From positions 480,001-544,000 of the forward strand of contig CAVYRF010000001.1 in NCBI GenBank assembly GCA_963770895.1: a DNA stretch of 64,000 nt. The letters run 5' to 3'. Positions within the stretch are counted from its first letter, which is position 1. Each line of letters starts with the position of its first letter. Shown piece after piece: positions 29,049 to 36,984 of the stretch. The notes under the pieces were generated by a model. The model did not search any database, was not told where the DNA came from, and saw nothing but the letters and a program-made list of their open reading frames with translations. This stretch comes from an uncultured Acidobacteriota bacterium (lineage in GTDB: Bacteria; Acidobacteriota; Thermoanaerobaculia; Multivoradales; UBA5704). Both the position numbers and the translations under genes were made by a program.

Positions 29049-29120
29049 GCAAGACGCTCCGGCTCCACCCCGGGCTCGAGCGCGGTCGCGCCGTCAGGCG
29101 CGCCGCGGTCGGGGCAACAG
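29049..29120 (+). repeat. Dispersed hairpin repeat, copy 4
   Basis: GCAAGACGCTCCGGCTCCACCCCGGGCTCGAGCGCGGTCGCGCC-GTCA-GGCGCGCCGCGGTCGGGGCAACAG; forms an inverted doublet with copy 3. Confidence 0.8.
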
Positions 29121-29263
29121 AACAGCCGCGCAGGCACGAAGTTGGAGCACGTGACCCCGGTGTGCCGTGGAGACCTTGAGACAGGGTGCTTGGTTCTGCC
29201 CGAGTATGGTGGGCGCCCATGCTTCCCCTCCCCAGGGGGATAACCGAGCGGAGACAGCTGCCC

Positions 29264-30358
29264 TCAACCTGACCGTTGGGCGAGTCGTGCTTCTAGCGCG
29301 TGGACGCGGCGCCAGAGCTCTTCGCGATCGATCAGGGCTTGCGTGCGCTCCTTGAGGTAGGGGTCGAGCCAGCGCAGGTAGGCGGCGGCCGCGCGCCCCT
29401 CTGCCGCCGGATCGGCCGCGGACGCTGCCGTCCGATGCTCGGCCAGGATGCGCCGGTAGAGGTCGACGTAGCGCTCCACGGCGGCGTCGAGCCCGGCGTT
29501 GCGGCGCATCCAGGCGCAGACGCGGGCGGCGTCTTTGCGGTCGTAGCGGGCGATCTGGGCCTGCACGGCCGCAACCGAGAGCGGTTGGTCGAGGGCGCGG
29601 AAGCCGAAGTTGAGAGGCCGCAGGCGCTCCAGGTCGGCGGCGGCGACCATGGGACCGCACCCGGCTGCGTCGCAGAGGACGACCGCCGCGCCCACTGCCA
29701 GCGCCTCGATCGCGGCGCGGCCCTTGGCGAACACCAGGTCGTAGCTTGGCAGGAGGTGCTCGGGCCGGTCGGCGACCTTGCCGCTGGCGATCCCGGCGAC
29801 GTCCACCTCGATGCCGGTGGCGGCGCAGGCGGCGCGCACGACGGGCAGGTGGGTCGTCTCGGCGGCGTTGTTGCTGAACACCAGCGCGCGGCGGGGCGCC
29901 GCGGGCAGCGGCGGGCGCCGCCGGAAACGGTCGAGATCGGCGAAGTTGAGGATCGTCTCCACGCGCTCGGCCGGCACGCCGGCAGCCAGCAGGCGCTCTC
30001 GCGTCGGCAGGTCGACCGCCACGTGGCGCAGCAGTCGCGGGAAGAGGAGCGGCTCCTCGTCCCACGGCTGGTAGCCGTGGCATACCAGGAGGCCAGGCAC
30101 GCCGGAGAAATGAAGCAGCGCGGTCAAGGTGCCGGCGTGGTGCTGGCCATGGATGAGGTCGGGCGGCTCGGCCAGGCGGCCAAGGTCGTCGACCACGGCG
30201 ATCCCGGCGGCAGCGAGGGTAGCGGCCGGCCCGCCCAGCACGGTGCTGTAGGCGACGGGCTCATGGCCGCGGGCCTTGAGTGCAAGCGCCAGCTCGACCA
30301 CGTAGAGCTCGGAGCCGGTGCGATGGGCGAGCGTCGTGTTGGTCAGCAGGACCCTCAC
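29264..30358 (-). CDS. GT-B glycosyltransferase (family 4-like)
   Basis: VRVLLTN...GSELYVVELALAL, PDLIHGQH, GRAAIEALAVGAAVV; GTGA coupling with the upstream gene. Confidence 0.8.
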   Translation of the reverse strand: MRVLLTNTTLAHRTGSELYVVELALALKARGHEPVAYSTVLGGPAATLAAAGIAVVDDLGRLAEPPDLIHGQHHAGTLTALLHFSGVPGLLVCHGYQPWDEEPLLFPRLLRHVAVDLPTRERLLAAGVPAERVETILNFADLDRFRRRPPLPAAPRRALVFSNNAAETTHLPVVRAACAATGIEVDVAGIASGKVADRPEHLLPSYDLVFAKGRAAIEALAVGAAVVLCDAAGCGPMVAAADLERLRPLNFGFRALDQPLSVAAVQAQIARYDRKDAARVCAWMRRNAGLDAAVERYVDLYRRILAEHRTAASAADPAAEGRAAAAYLRWLDPYLKERTQALIDREELWRRVHALEARLAQRSG

Positions 30359-31215
30359 CGAACGGTCTCGGAGACGGGCGCCGCGGCCCACGCTTGCAGC
30401 CTTGCGGCCAGCGGCGCGACGTGGGAACGGTACCGCAGCACCTCGGTGTAGATGCCGGCCGCCACCCGCTCCTCGCCGTAGTTTTCGTAGGCAGGCGGAT
30501 GCGTCATCAGGTCGTCGATCGCCGGACCGTGGCGCACCTGCCGCAGGCACTCCGTCGCGAAGGCGCCGGCGCCGAAGCGGGCCAGGGCGCTCTCCACGTC
30601 GTGCTCGAGGCCCGGATAGGAGCGCGCGGCGGCCAGCTTTCTCGCCAGGGCGGCGGGGTCGAGCCGGAGGCGGATCTCGGCGTCGCCCTGGCCGCCGGCG
30701 CTCTCCGCCGGCGCGCCGTGGAGCGGGAAATCGCGGTTGTCGATCGGTGGTCCGGCGGCGGCGCCCAGCCGCGCCACCGCGGCGTCGATGAGCAGCCGGG
30801 TCACGTCGTGACCGGGATTGAAGCCCTCGGCGGCGTCGCCGGCGACGAGCGCGACGGACTCCTGGCGCAGCGCCGCCGCCAGCTCCTCGGCGAGGCCGAG
30901 GAAGACCTCGTAACGGCCGTCGAGCAGCGCCCGGTAGAGCCCGGCATCCGTCATCCGCCCATAGATGGATCCCTGCCGGGCGCCGCACGAGGCGAGGATG
31001 GCGGAGGTCGCGGCCAGCCGCGAACGGCCCGTGTGACCGGAGCCGTCGGTCAGGATGAAAACCAGCGGCTGGGCCGTCGCGAGCCAGCCGTAGATCCGCA
31101 GCTCGTGGCCGGGATGGGCGATGACCAGCGCGGCGCGTGGCGAAACTTTCAGCGTACCTCCCAGATCTCGCGCGCTCCCCCCCTCGCGCCGCTCGCCCTC
31201 GGTCGCCCTCGCCAT
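30355..31215 (-). CDS. Hypothetical protein, PIG-L/LmbE deacetylase-like
   Basis: LVIAHPGHE (compare HPDDE), LTDGSG and NPGHD (compare HPDH). Confidence 0.55.
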   Translation of the reverse strand: MARATEGERREGGSARDLGGTLKVSPRAALVIAHPGHELRIYGWLATAQPLVFILTDGSGHTGRSRLAATSAILASCGARQGSIYGRMTDAGLYRALLDGRYEVFLGLAEELAAALRQESVALVAGDAAEGFNPGHDVTRLLIDAAVARLGAAAGPPIDNRDFPLHGAPAESAGGQGDAEIRLRLDPAALARKLAAARSYPGLEHDVESALARFGAGAFATECLRQVRHGPAIDDLMTHPPAYENYGEERVAAGIYTEVLRYRSHVAPLAARLQAWAAAPVSETVR

Positions 31216-31246
31216 GTCTTCCGAGCCCTCGTGCAGGAGGGCTCAA

Positions 31247-32107
31247 TCATATCGAATTGCCGTCGCCAACCGCGCAGACGGCATGGTCCCGCGGTCCGGC
31301 GACGACGCCCAGGCAACGCAGATCGGGCCGCGGCCATTCGAGACGTGCGGGAGAGCGCCGGCCGGGTGTGAGCTCCACCTCGATCAACTCGGCGTTCGCC
31401 CTGCCGGCCTCGCCGCCGCCAGGGCGTCGATCGGCATCGGCGGCTGCTCGGCGGCGGGCGCTCCCGGTCGGGCCGGCGGCGCCGAGCGCCACCGTCTGGT
31501 AGCGGCCGGGCGGCCAGTGCAGCGGCAAGACGCCGGACCGCGGCCGGCGCCAGACGGGCGGGTGCCCGACGGCTTCCGCCGCCTCGCGCACCCGACCCTC
31601 GTGCAGCAGGCGGCGCACCTCCGCGGTACCGGGCGCGGCGCGGATCGGCTCCAGCCGGCAGAGCGCGATCCCTCGCCTGGCTGCCTGCTCGGCAATCCCG
31701 GCGTGGCTGCCGTGCTCGAAGCGGCCCAGGGTCTGGCCGGCTCCGAGCCAGAGCTCGACCAGCGGCACGTGGCTGCTCATCAGATCGAAAAACGACCCGG
31801 TGGCGGCGTCCAGGTCGCGGCGGCGAAAATGCACCACCAGAGCCCGGTCGAGCCCGCACTCCCGCAACCGCGCCAGGCGCGTCGGCAGGTCCGTGTACTC
31901 CGGCCAGATCGCTCCCGCGGGCTGCAGAAAGCGCGGCGGCGGCGGGTGCAGCACGACCGCCACGGCCCACAGCGAGCGCGCCTGCGCGTGGCGGCTCAGC
32001 TGCATCAGCACCTGCCGCTGGGCCGGCAGCAGCGGGTCCCAGGTGCCGACCATGGCGACCGCGCCTTTGGCGGGCGCCCCGCCGCCGCCTTCAAGACGGG
32101 CGCGCAT
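31247..32107 (-). CDS. RibF/FAD-synthetase N-terminal-like nucleotidyltransferase-fold protein with degenerate HxGH
   Basis: VGTWDPLL, LHPPP, GLDRALVVHF, LWLGAGQTLG and EVRRLLHEGRVREAAEAVGHP follow the RibF layout; no kinase domain. Confidence 0.55.
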   Translation of the reverse strand: MRARLEGGGGAPAKGAVAMVGTWDPLLPAQRQVLMQLSRHAQARSLWAVAVVLHPPPPRFLQPAGAIWPEYTDLPTRLARLRECGLDRALVVHFRRRDLDAATGSFFDLMSSHVPLVELWLGAGQTLGRFEHGSHAGIAEQAARRGIALCRLEPIRAAPGTAEVRRLLHEGRVREAAEAVGHPPVWRRPRSGVLPLHWPPGRYQTVALGAAGPTGSARRRAAADADRRPGGGEAGRANAELIEVELTPGRRSPARLEWPRPDLRCLGVVAGPRDHAVCAVGDGNSI

Positions 32108-33236
32108 GAGCGGTCCGGGCGCACGCCCGCAGCCAGGGTCCCGAGAGCAGCGCATCGGTTGCGCCGGCGGCGTGGAGCGCGAGCGCGGTCGCCGGACCGA
32201 GAAATCCCACCCAGAGGTCCGGTGTGACCACCTCCGGTCTCTCGGAGCTCCAGACGCAGCACCCGTCCCGCCGCTGTGCCTGCAGGCGGAGCGCCGCCGC
32301 CGCGCTCGCCGCCCGCCGCCGGGCGAGCTCGCGGTGGCGCGGGACACAGGCCAGCAGCCGCCAGAGCTCCAGCTCGCCCGCCAGCCCGTGGCAGTAGACC
32401 GGAGAGCTGATCGCCGTCGCGGCCTCCAGCCGCCGCACGCTCCAATCGATGGGCTGGCGCAGTCCCGGATCGTCGCCATAGGCCAGCAGCAGGCACCACA
32501 GATGGCCGGCAATGCCATGACACCACGACAGGGCGGGCGCCGCCGAGCCGTCCAGCGCGCGCCGGAGCGTCTGGCCCCGCGATACCTTGCCATGCTTGAA
32601 GATCCGCACGAACGTGTCGCGTGCCAGCGCGGCCGCGGCCGGTTGCCGGGCGAGGCGGCCCCAGGCGGCCAGGGCGAGCGCGATGCCGGCCGAGCCGTGA
32701 GCCGCCCCCGTCGCCGCCGGTGCGGCCGGCTCGTCGGCCGGCCACACGCGGAGGCCCTGGTCGAGGGTGGCCGTGGCGATCAACCGGCCGGCGCAACCGG
32801 CAGCCAGCTCGGCCGCCGCGGGATCGTCCAGTGCCTCCGCCACCAGGCAGGCCGCCCACAGCACGCCCGCGGCACCGCCGAAGAGGTCGTGGTCGCCGCA
32901 CCCGGCCGCTCCCGCCCGCAGCCGGTCGTGCGCCGCCGCGATCCAATCGGGGCGGTCCTGGCGCCTGCCGGCGACGGCCAGGGCGAGCGCGGCGCCGGCG
33001 TTGCCGGTGAACAGGCCGTGCGCCGCCGCCTGGGGGGCGCGCTCGGCCAGCGCCGCGGCGCCCGCCGCCACGTCGGCGCGAAAATCGCCCCGGCCCGAGC
33101 ATTGGTCGAGCGCCAGAAGGCCGAGCATCACCCCCGCGGTGCCGGTGTTGACGCCTTCGCCCGCCTCCAGGCTGCCCAGCGGCTGGTCGCTGCGCCAGAT
33201 GGACCCGCCGCTCGCGGGCTGCCGGAAGCGGCGCAT
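32091..33236 (-). CDS. Lanthionine synthetase C-like (LanC/LanCL) protein; 5' end uncertain
   Basis: Repeated GxAG helices (GLFTGNAG, DLFGGAAG), GAAHGSAG, WCHGIAG and YCHGLAG zinc ligands. Confidence 0.85.
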   Translation of the reverse strand: MRRFRQPASGGSIWRSDQPLGSLEAGEGVNTGTAGVMLGLLALDQCSGRGDFRADVAAGAAALAERAPQAAAHGLFTGNAGAALALAVAGRRQDRPDWIAAAHDRLRAGAAGCGDHDLFGGAAGVLWAACLVAEALDDPAAAELAAGCAGRLIATATLDQGLRVWPADEPAAPAATGAAHGSAGIALALAAWGRLARQPAAAALARDTFVRIFKHGKVSRGQTLRRALDGSAAPALSWCHGIAGHLWCLLLAYGDDPGLRQPIDWSVRRLEAATAISSPVYCHGLAGELELWRLLACVPRHRELARRRAASAAAALRLQAQRRDGCCVWSSERPEVVTPDLWVGFLGPATALALHAAGATDALLSGPWLRACARTAHARPS

Positions 33237-33856
33237 TGGTGTGCGAGGTCGCGGAAATGAGCCCGTGGTTTACGCCAGATGCGCAGGAGCAGGAGAGAGG
33301 CCGCGCCAGCCGCGTGGGGGCGGCGTTCTCTGCTGCTCCTTGGTCCAAGCGATCAAGGCGCCTGTGGCCGCGGAGCATCGGCTTGTGGCTGAGGTGTGGC
33401 GGCGGGTGAAGCGACACGGGGCGCCGGCGGCGGGGTCGGTGGCGGCTGCTGCGCGCCCGGCCCGGTCGGGTGGGCCGGCGACACCGGCGGCGGCGACAGG
33501 TGGGCAGCGCCGGCGTGGGTTCCGGATGGGACGGCATTCGCCACATCGGACACCTCTTCAAGGAAGGTTGAGAGGTAGGGCCAGACGCGCGCCCAGCGGC
33601 TGGGAGGGGGCGAAGACCTTTGAGCTCATGAGATCACCCCGTCTGGAAGCCATCAACCGGCACCGACTTCAAACGCCATGCCAGGGTCGTCGCAACTGCT
33701 TCGTTGGCATGAAAAGCCTGTCAGAGCTGCGTTCTGCCGAGTGGTGCGCGGTGCGGGGCTCAGCGCAGCGCCCTCTTGGCAGAACGGCAGCGTCCGGCGC
33801 GCGGCTGCTCCGGCGGACCGGCGCGCCGCGCTCCTCAAGGAAGAACCGGTTCCCAG

Positions 33857-33878
33857 TATGTCAGATATGACATATTCT
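33857..33878 (+). promoter_or_regulatory. Palindromic operator and -10 box of the second RelE/XRE locus
   Basis: TATGTCA-GATA-TGACATA (33857-33874) overlapping TATTCT, just upstream of GTG at 33885. Confidence 0.7.
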
Positions 33879-33884
33879 TCTCTT

Positions 33885-33980
33885 GTGACGGCTGGCGACA
33901 AGCCGCTCGTGTGGCTGCACGGTGAGATCAAGCGTCGCCTCGCAGCCTACGATCGGCTGGGAGAAGGAGACCGATCATGA
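33885..33980 (+). pseudogene. RelE/ParE (Gp49-like) toxin remnant with an in-frame internal deletion
   Basis: DKPLVWLHGEIK (family N-terminus) fused directly to RRLAAYD (family C-terminus); 31 aa; ATGA overlap with the antitoxin. Confidence 0.7.
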
Positions 33981-34315
33981 AAAGCACGAAAAGAGATCGC
34001 CTCGAAGCGAACGGATGGAAGATCGGGACCGCCGAGGAACTCCTGGGTCTTTCGCGCGAGGAAGCGGCGTACATTGAGTTGAGGATCAGGCTGAGCGACG
34101 CGGTACGCACGCTCCGGCGGCGGCGCTCGATGACGCAGGTGCAGGTCGCCAAGCTTCTGCACTCCAGCCAAAGCCGCATCGCCAAGGCCGAGGCCGCGGA
34201 CGAATCCGTCTCTCTCGACCTCCTCATCCGGTCCCTCCTTGCTCTGGGAGCGACCGATCACGATCTCGCCCAGGTGATCCACGGGCTGCCTCGTACCCGA
34301 TCTGCTGCCCGGTAG
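33977..34315 (+). CDS. XRE-family HTH antitoxin
   Basis: LEANGWKIGTAEELLGLS...MTQVQVAKLLHSSQSRIAKAEAADESVSLDLLIRSL. Confidence 0.88.
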   Translation: MKSTKRDRLEANGWKIGTAEELLGLSREEAAYIELRIRLSDAVRTLRRRRSMTQVQVAKLLHSSQSRIAKAEAADESVSLDLLIRSLLALGATDHDLAQVIHGLPRTRSAAR

Positions 34316-34412
34316 CGCGGCCGCGACGGGCTGCCTGCGTCCTGGATGGTCGTGGCTGGCCTTGCCCTGAACGGCTACTCCCCCTGCCGTGGCAGCTGCT
34401 AAACTAACGGAC

Positions 34413-34590
34413 ATGGCCAGGACGATCGATCAGCTGATCAGCAAGGCGCTGTTGCTGCCGGACGGGAAAGCGCCCGGATCGCCACGCGGCTCTTGGAAAG
34501 CCCTCACGAGGTGAAGGACGACGCCGTGGATGCGGCGTGGGCCGCCGAGATCGAGCGCCGGTGTGCCGACCTGGACTCCGGCCGCCCTGC
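34413..34590 (+). pseudogene. Addiction-module antitoxin (TIGR02574-like) pseudogene
   Basis: MARTIDQLISKALLLPDG, frameshift, then ARIATRLLES...VDAAWAAEIERRCADLDSG; 3' end fused to a peptide-gene remnant. Confidence 0.65.
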
Positions 34591-34593
34591 CGG

Positions 34594-34810
34594 AGCGGTG
34601 CAATCCTGGCCGGGTCCAGCTCACCGGCGTTTGCCGGCACCGTGGGAACCAGCTTGCCGCGGGTGAGTCCCGCGGCCGATGCCGGTATCACTGTGCCAGG
34701 CTGGGATTGGCTTGCATCGCTGTGGTCGAAGGCGATCGCCACCGCCGGCTGGCGCCAGGTCCCTATGTGGTCTCTCCGCAGATCCAAACGGCGGCGGTTC
34801 TGGTAGCCTT
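34594..34810 (+). pseudogene. 5'-truncated, frameshifted paralogue of the secreted propeptide gene at 36563-36859
   Basis: SGAILAGSSSPAFAGTVG...PGWDWLASLWSKA, then in another frame CGLSADPNGG; clear DNA similarity to 36605-36820. Confidence 0.8.
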
Positions 34811-34920
34811 CCACCCTCGTAAACCTGAACACTGGCCGGAGCGGCCCGCTGAAATCCGCGGGTTCTCCGGCCCTTTACCGGCGCCGCCGCCGGGCGCGCG
34901 AGAAAACCGCGCACCCGCGT

Positions 34921-36429
34921 TCAGGGTTCTCCGGTCCAGCCGAGCAGGGACCGCTCGAAGACCAGCTGCGGGTCCTGCCGGGCGCGCTCCAGGCAGGAGA
35001 GGAGATGCCGGACCTGTTCGGCATTGGCGGTTTCCGCTGCGCTTGCCTCGCAGAAGAGCCGCAGCGAGGCCAGTGTCTCGCGGTGAACCTGCTGCGACTC
35101 GAAGATGCAGACCATCGATCCGGCCAGCTGCCGCACCTCGCCGAAGCGCCCCTCTTCGAGGTAGACGATGGCGAGCTCCAGCGATACCGCTGCCGTCAGG
35201 TAGATGTTGCGCCGGGCCACGAATTCCGCTCGCGCTTGCTCAAAGGAGTCCATCGCCTGCTGCCGGCGCCCCTGGCCTGCGGCCACGCGGCCCTGGAGCC
35301 AGAGGAGGCGCACCAGGTCCAGGTCGTGGCCGAGTGCGGTTGCTGCCTCGGTGGCCGCTTGCAGCTGAGCGTCGGCGTCCTGGTAACGCCCCAGATGGCA
35401 GAAGCAGACCAGCCGGTTGAATTGCATGACCCAGCGCAGCCGTGGTTCTGCTACGGCGCCGAGCCGTTGCTCCGCTTCGTCCAGCGTCGCCAGCGCGGCG
35501 GCAAGGTCCCCCGCGCGCTCCAGCACGGTCGCCTTCTTGATGAGAATCCGCCCAACCGCCTCAGGCGGTGCGATCTGGCGAGCGCGGTCGAGCAGACTTG
35601 AGGCCGCCGCCCAGTTGCGCTGATCCCTGCGCAGCGATGCTTCGAGATCGAGCGGCCGCCATTCGGCGAGCAAGCCTGCGTAGCCAAGTGTGATTTCCCC
35701 CCACAGGGTCCGGGTCATGGCGAACGCTGCGTCGGCAGCCGGCAGGTCACCCTGTACCCGCAGCGCATTGCCGATGAACGCCCAGGCATAGGCCTGCAGG
35801 CGCACTTTCCAGCTGGCGTCGCCCGGCGAGCGTTCGCCAGCTCTCAGGCCAAGCTGCGCCAATTCGAGCGCCTGTTCGGCATTTTCGGCGGCCACCCTCT
35901 CGCTCTCCTCGCACAGCCGCTCGCTGAACGCCCAGGTGTGCAAATCCGGGGTCACCTCGATCATCCGTCGCCGCTGCGCGCCCGGCCCATTCGACTGGAA
36001 GTGCGCCCAAAGAAGCGGGACGCTGAGTCGGTCATGGCTGGTCGGCAGCGCCCGTCGTCTGGCAGCGCCGCGAGCCATCAGGTCCGCCAGAAACACTGCG
36101 ATCCCGGATCGTACGGTATCCACGATGGCCTGCTCGGTTTCCGCCGGCCCTCCGCCGCCGGCGCGAGGGCGGCTGGCTAGCGCCGGCGAGGCAGCGGGGG
36201 TGAGCACCAGCCGCACCGCCGGCTGTAGAACCGACTCGACAAACGGCAGCGACAGGCCCGCTGCCGCGGCAAGGCGTGTCAGGTGGGGCCGCGACGGGCT
36301 CATGTCGCCCGTTTCGTAGCGGCTGATGGTGGTGCGGTCGATCGAGGCCGCGGCGCCCATCTCCTCCTGGCTCGCACCGCGGATCGAGCGCAAAACTCGG
36401 ACCAGCAGATGTACCTCGTGGGTCGCCAC
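34921..36429 (-). CDS. XRE-HTH plus TPR-repeat regulator, copy 1
   Basis: GTG start with GGAGGG RBS; LRSIRGASQEEMGAAASIDRTTISRYETG HTH followed by TPR-like helices (AWAFIGNALRVQGDLPAADAAF). Confidence 0.85.
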   Translation of the reverse strand: MATHEVHLLVRVLRSIRGASQEEMGAAASIDRTTISRYETGDMSPSRPHLTRLAAAAGLSLPFVESVLQPAVRLVLTPAASPALASRPRAGGGGPAETEQAIVDTVRSGIAVFLADLMARGAARRRALPTSHDRLSVPLLWAHFQSNGPGAQRRRMIEVTPDLHTWAFSERLCEESERVAAENAEQALELAQLGLRAGERSPGDASWKVRLQAYAWAFIGNALRVQGDLPAADAAFAMTRTLWGEITLGYAGLLAEWRPLDLEASLRRDQRNWAAASSLLDRARQIAPPEAVGRILIKKATVLERAGDLAAALATLDEAEQRLGAVAEPRLRWVMQFNRLVCFCHLGRYQDADAQLQAATEAATALGHDLDLVRLLWLQGRVAAGQGRRQQAMDSFEQARAEFVARRNIYLTAAVSLELAIVYLEEGRFGEVRQLAGSMVCIFESQQVHRETLASLRLFCEASAAETANAEQVRHLLSCLERARQDPQLVFERSLLGWTGEP

Positions 36430-36451
36430 TATCCCCTCCGTTCGATTTGGC

Positions 36452-36465
36452 GCACAATCTTGTGC
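36452..36465. promoter_or_regulatory. Candidate operator between the divergent regulator and peptide genes
   Basis: Perfect inverted repeat GCACAA-TC-TTGTGC in an AT-rich spacer. Confidence 0.5.
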
Positions 36466-36562
36466 ATCAAAGGCAAATTTTTTATGTCTAAGGCACGCAT
36501 TCAGGAGATCCCTGCCACGGTGCCAAGGTGGTGCCGCGGCGCACTCCATGAAAGGAGACAGC

Positions 36563-36859
36563 ATGTCCATCTTCATCTCTCGTCGCCTTGTCCCCGTATT
36601 GCTGAGCGGTGCCATCTTGGCTGGTTCCAGCTCGCTGGCATTTGCCGGGACCTTCGGGGCCAACGCTTCCCGCGTGAACCCCTCAACTGCTGCCGGCTTC
36701 GTGCTTCCGGGCTGGGATTGGTTGGCATCGCTTTGGTCGAAGGCGACCACCCCGACCGGCAATCGGCAACCACAGCCCACGCCGTTGTGTGGTCTTTCTG
36801 CCGATCCAAGCGGCGGCTGTTCCAACTCCTCGCCGTCGGTTGCGCCGACCGGGAGATAA
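36563..36859 (+). CDS. Small secreted propeptide (signal peptide, WDWLASLW helix, CGLSADPSGGC tail)
   Basis: AAGGAG RBS; MSIFISRRLVPVLLSGAILAGSSSLAFA signal; 98 aa; paralogous remnant about 2 kb upstream. Confidence 0.8.
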   Translation: MSIFISRRLVPVLLSGAILAGSSSLAFAGTFGANASRVNPSTAAGFVLPGWDWLASLWSKATTPTGNRQPQPTPLCGLSADPSGGCSNSSPSVAPTGR

Positions 36860-36984
36860 TCCAGGCCCTGCCGAGCATCGGCGCCATGGCGATCCAGGCG
36901 GGCAAGGCCAAGCTGGACAATTGCACCTTGACTCCCGATCTACCTGACAAGCACCAGGACTTGGCGCTTGGCCGGTGCACCCGT

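Noticed and set aside
33353-33553. Pro-rich 66-aa ORF upstream of LanC as its precursor peptide
   Set aside because: It has a plausible RBS but no Cys and no leader motif; more likely an eroded 5' part of the lanC-containing gene.
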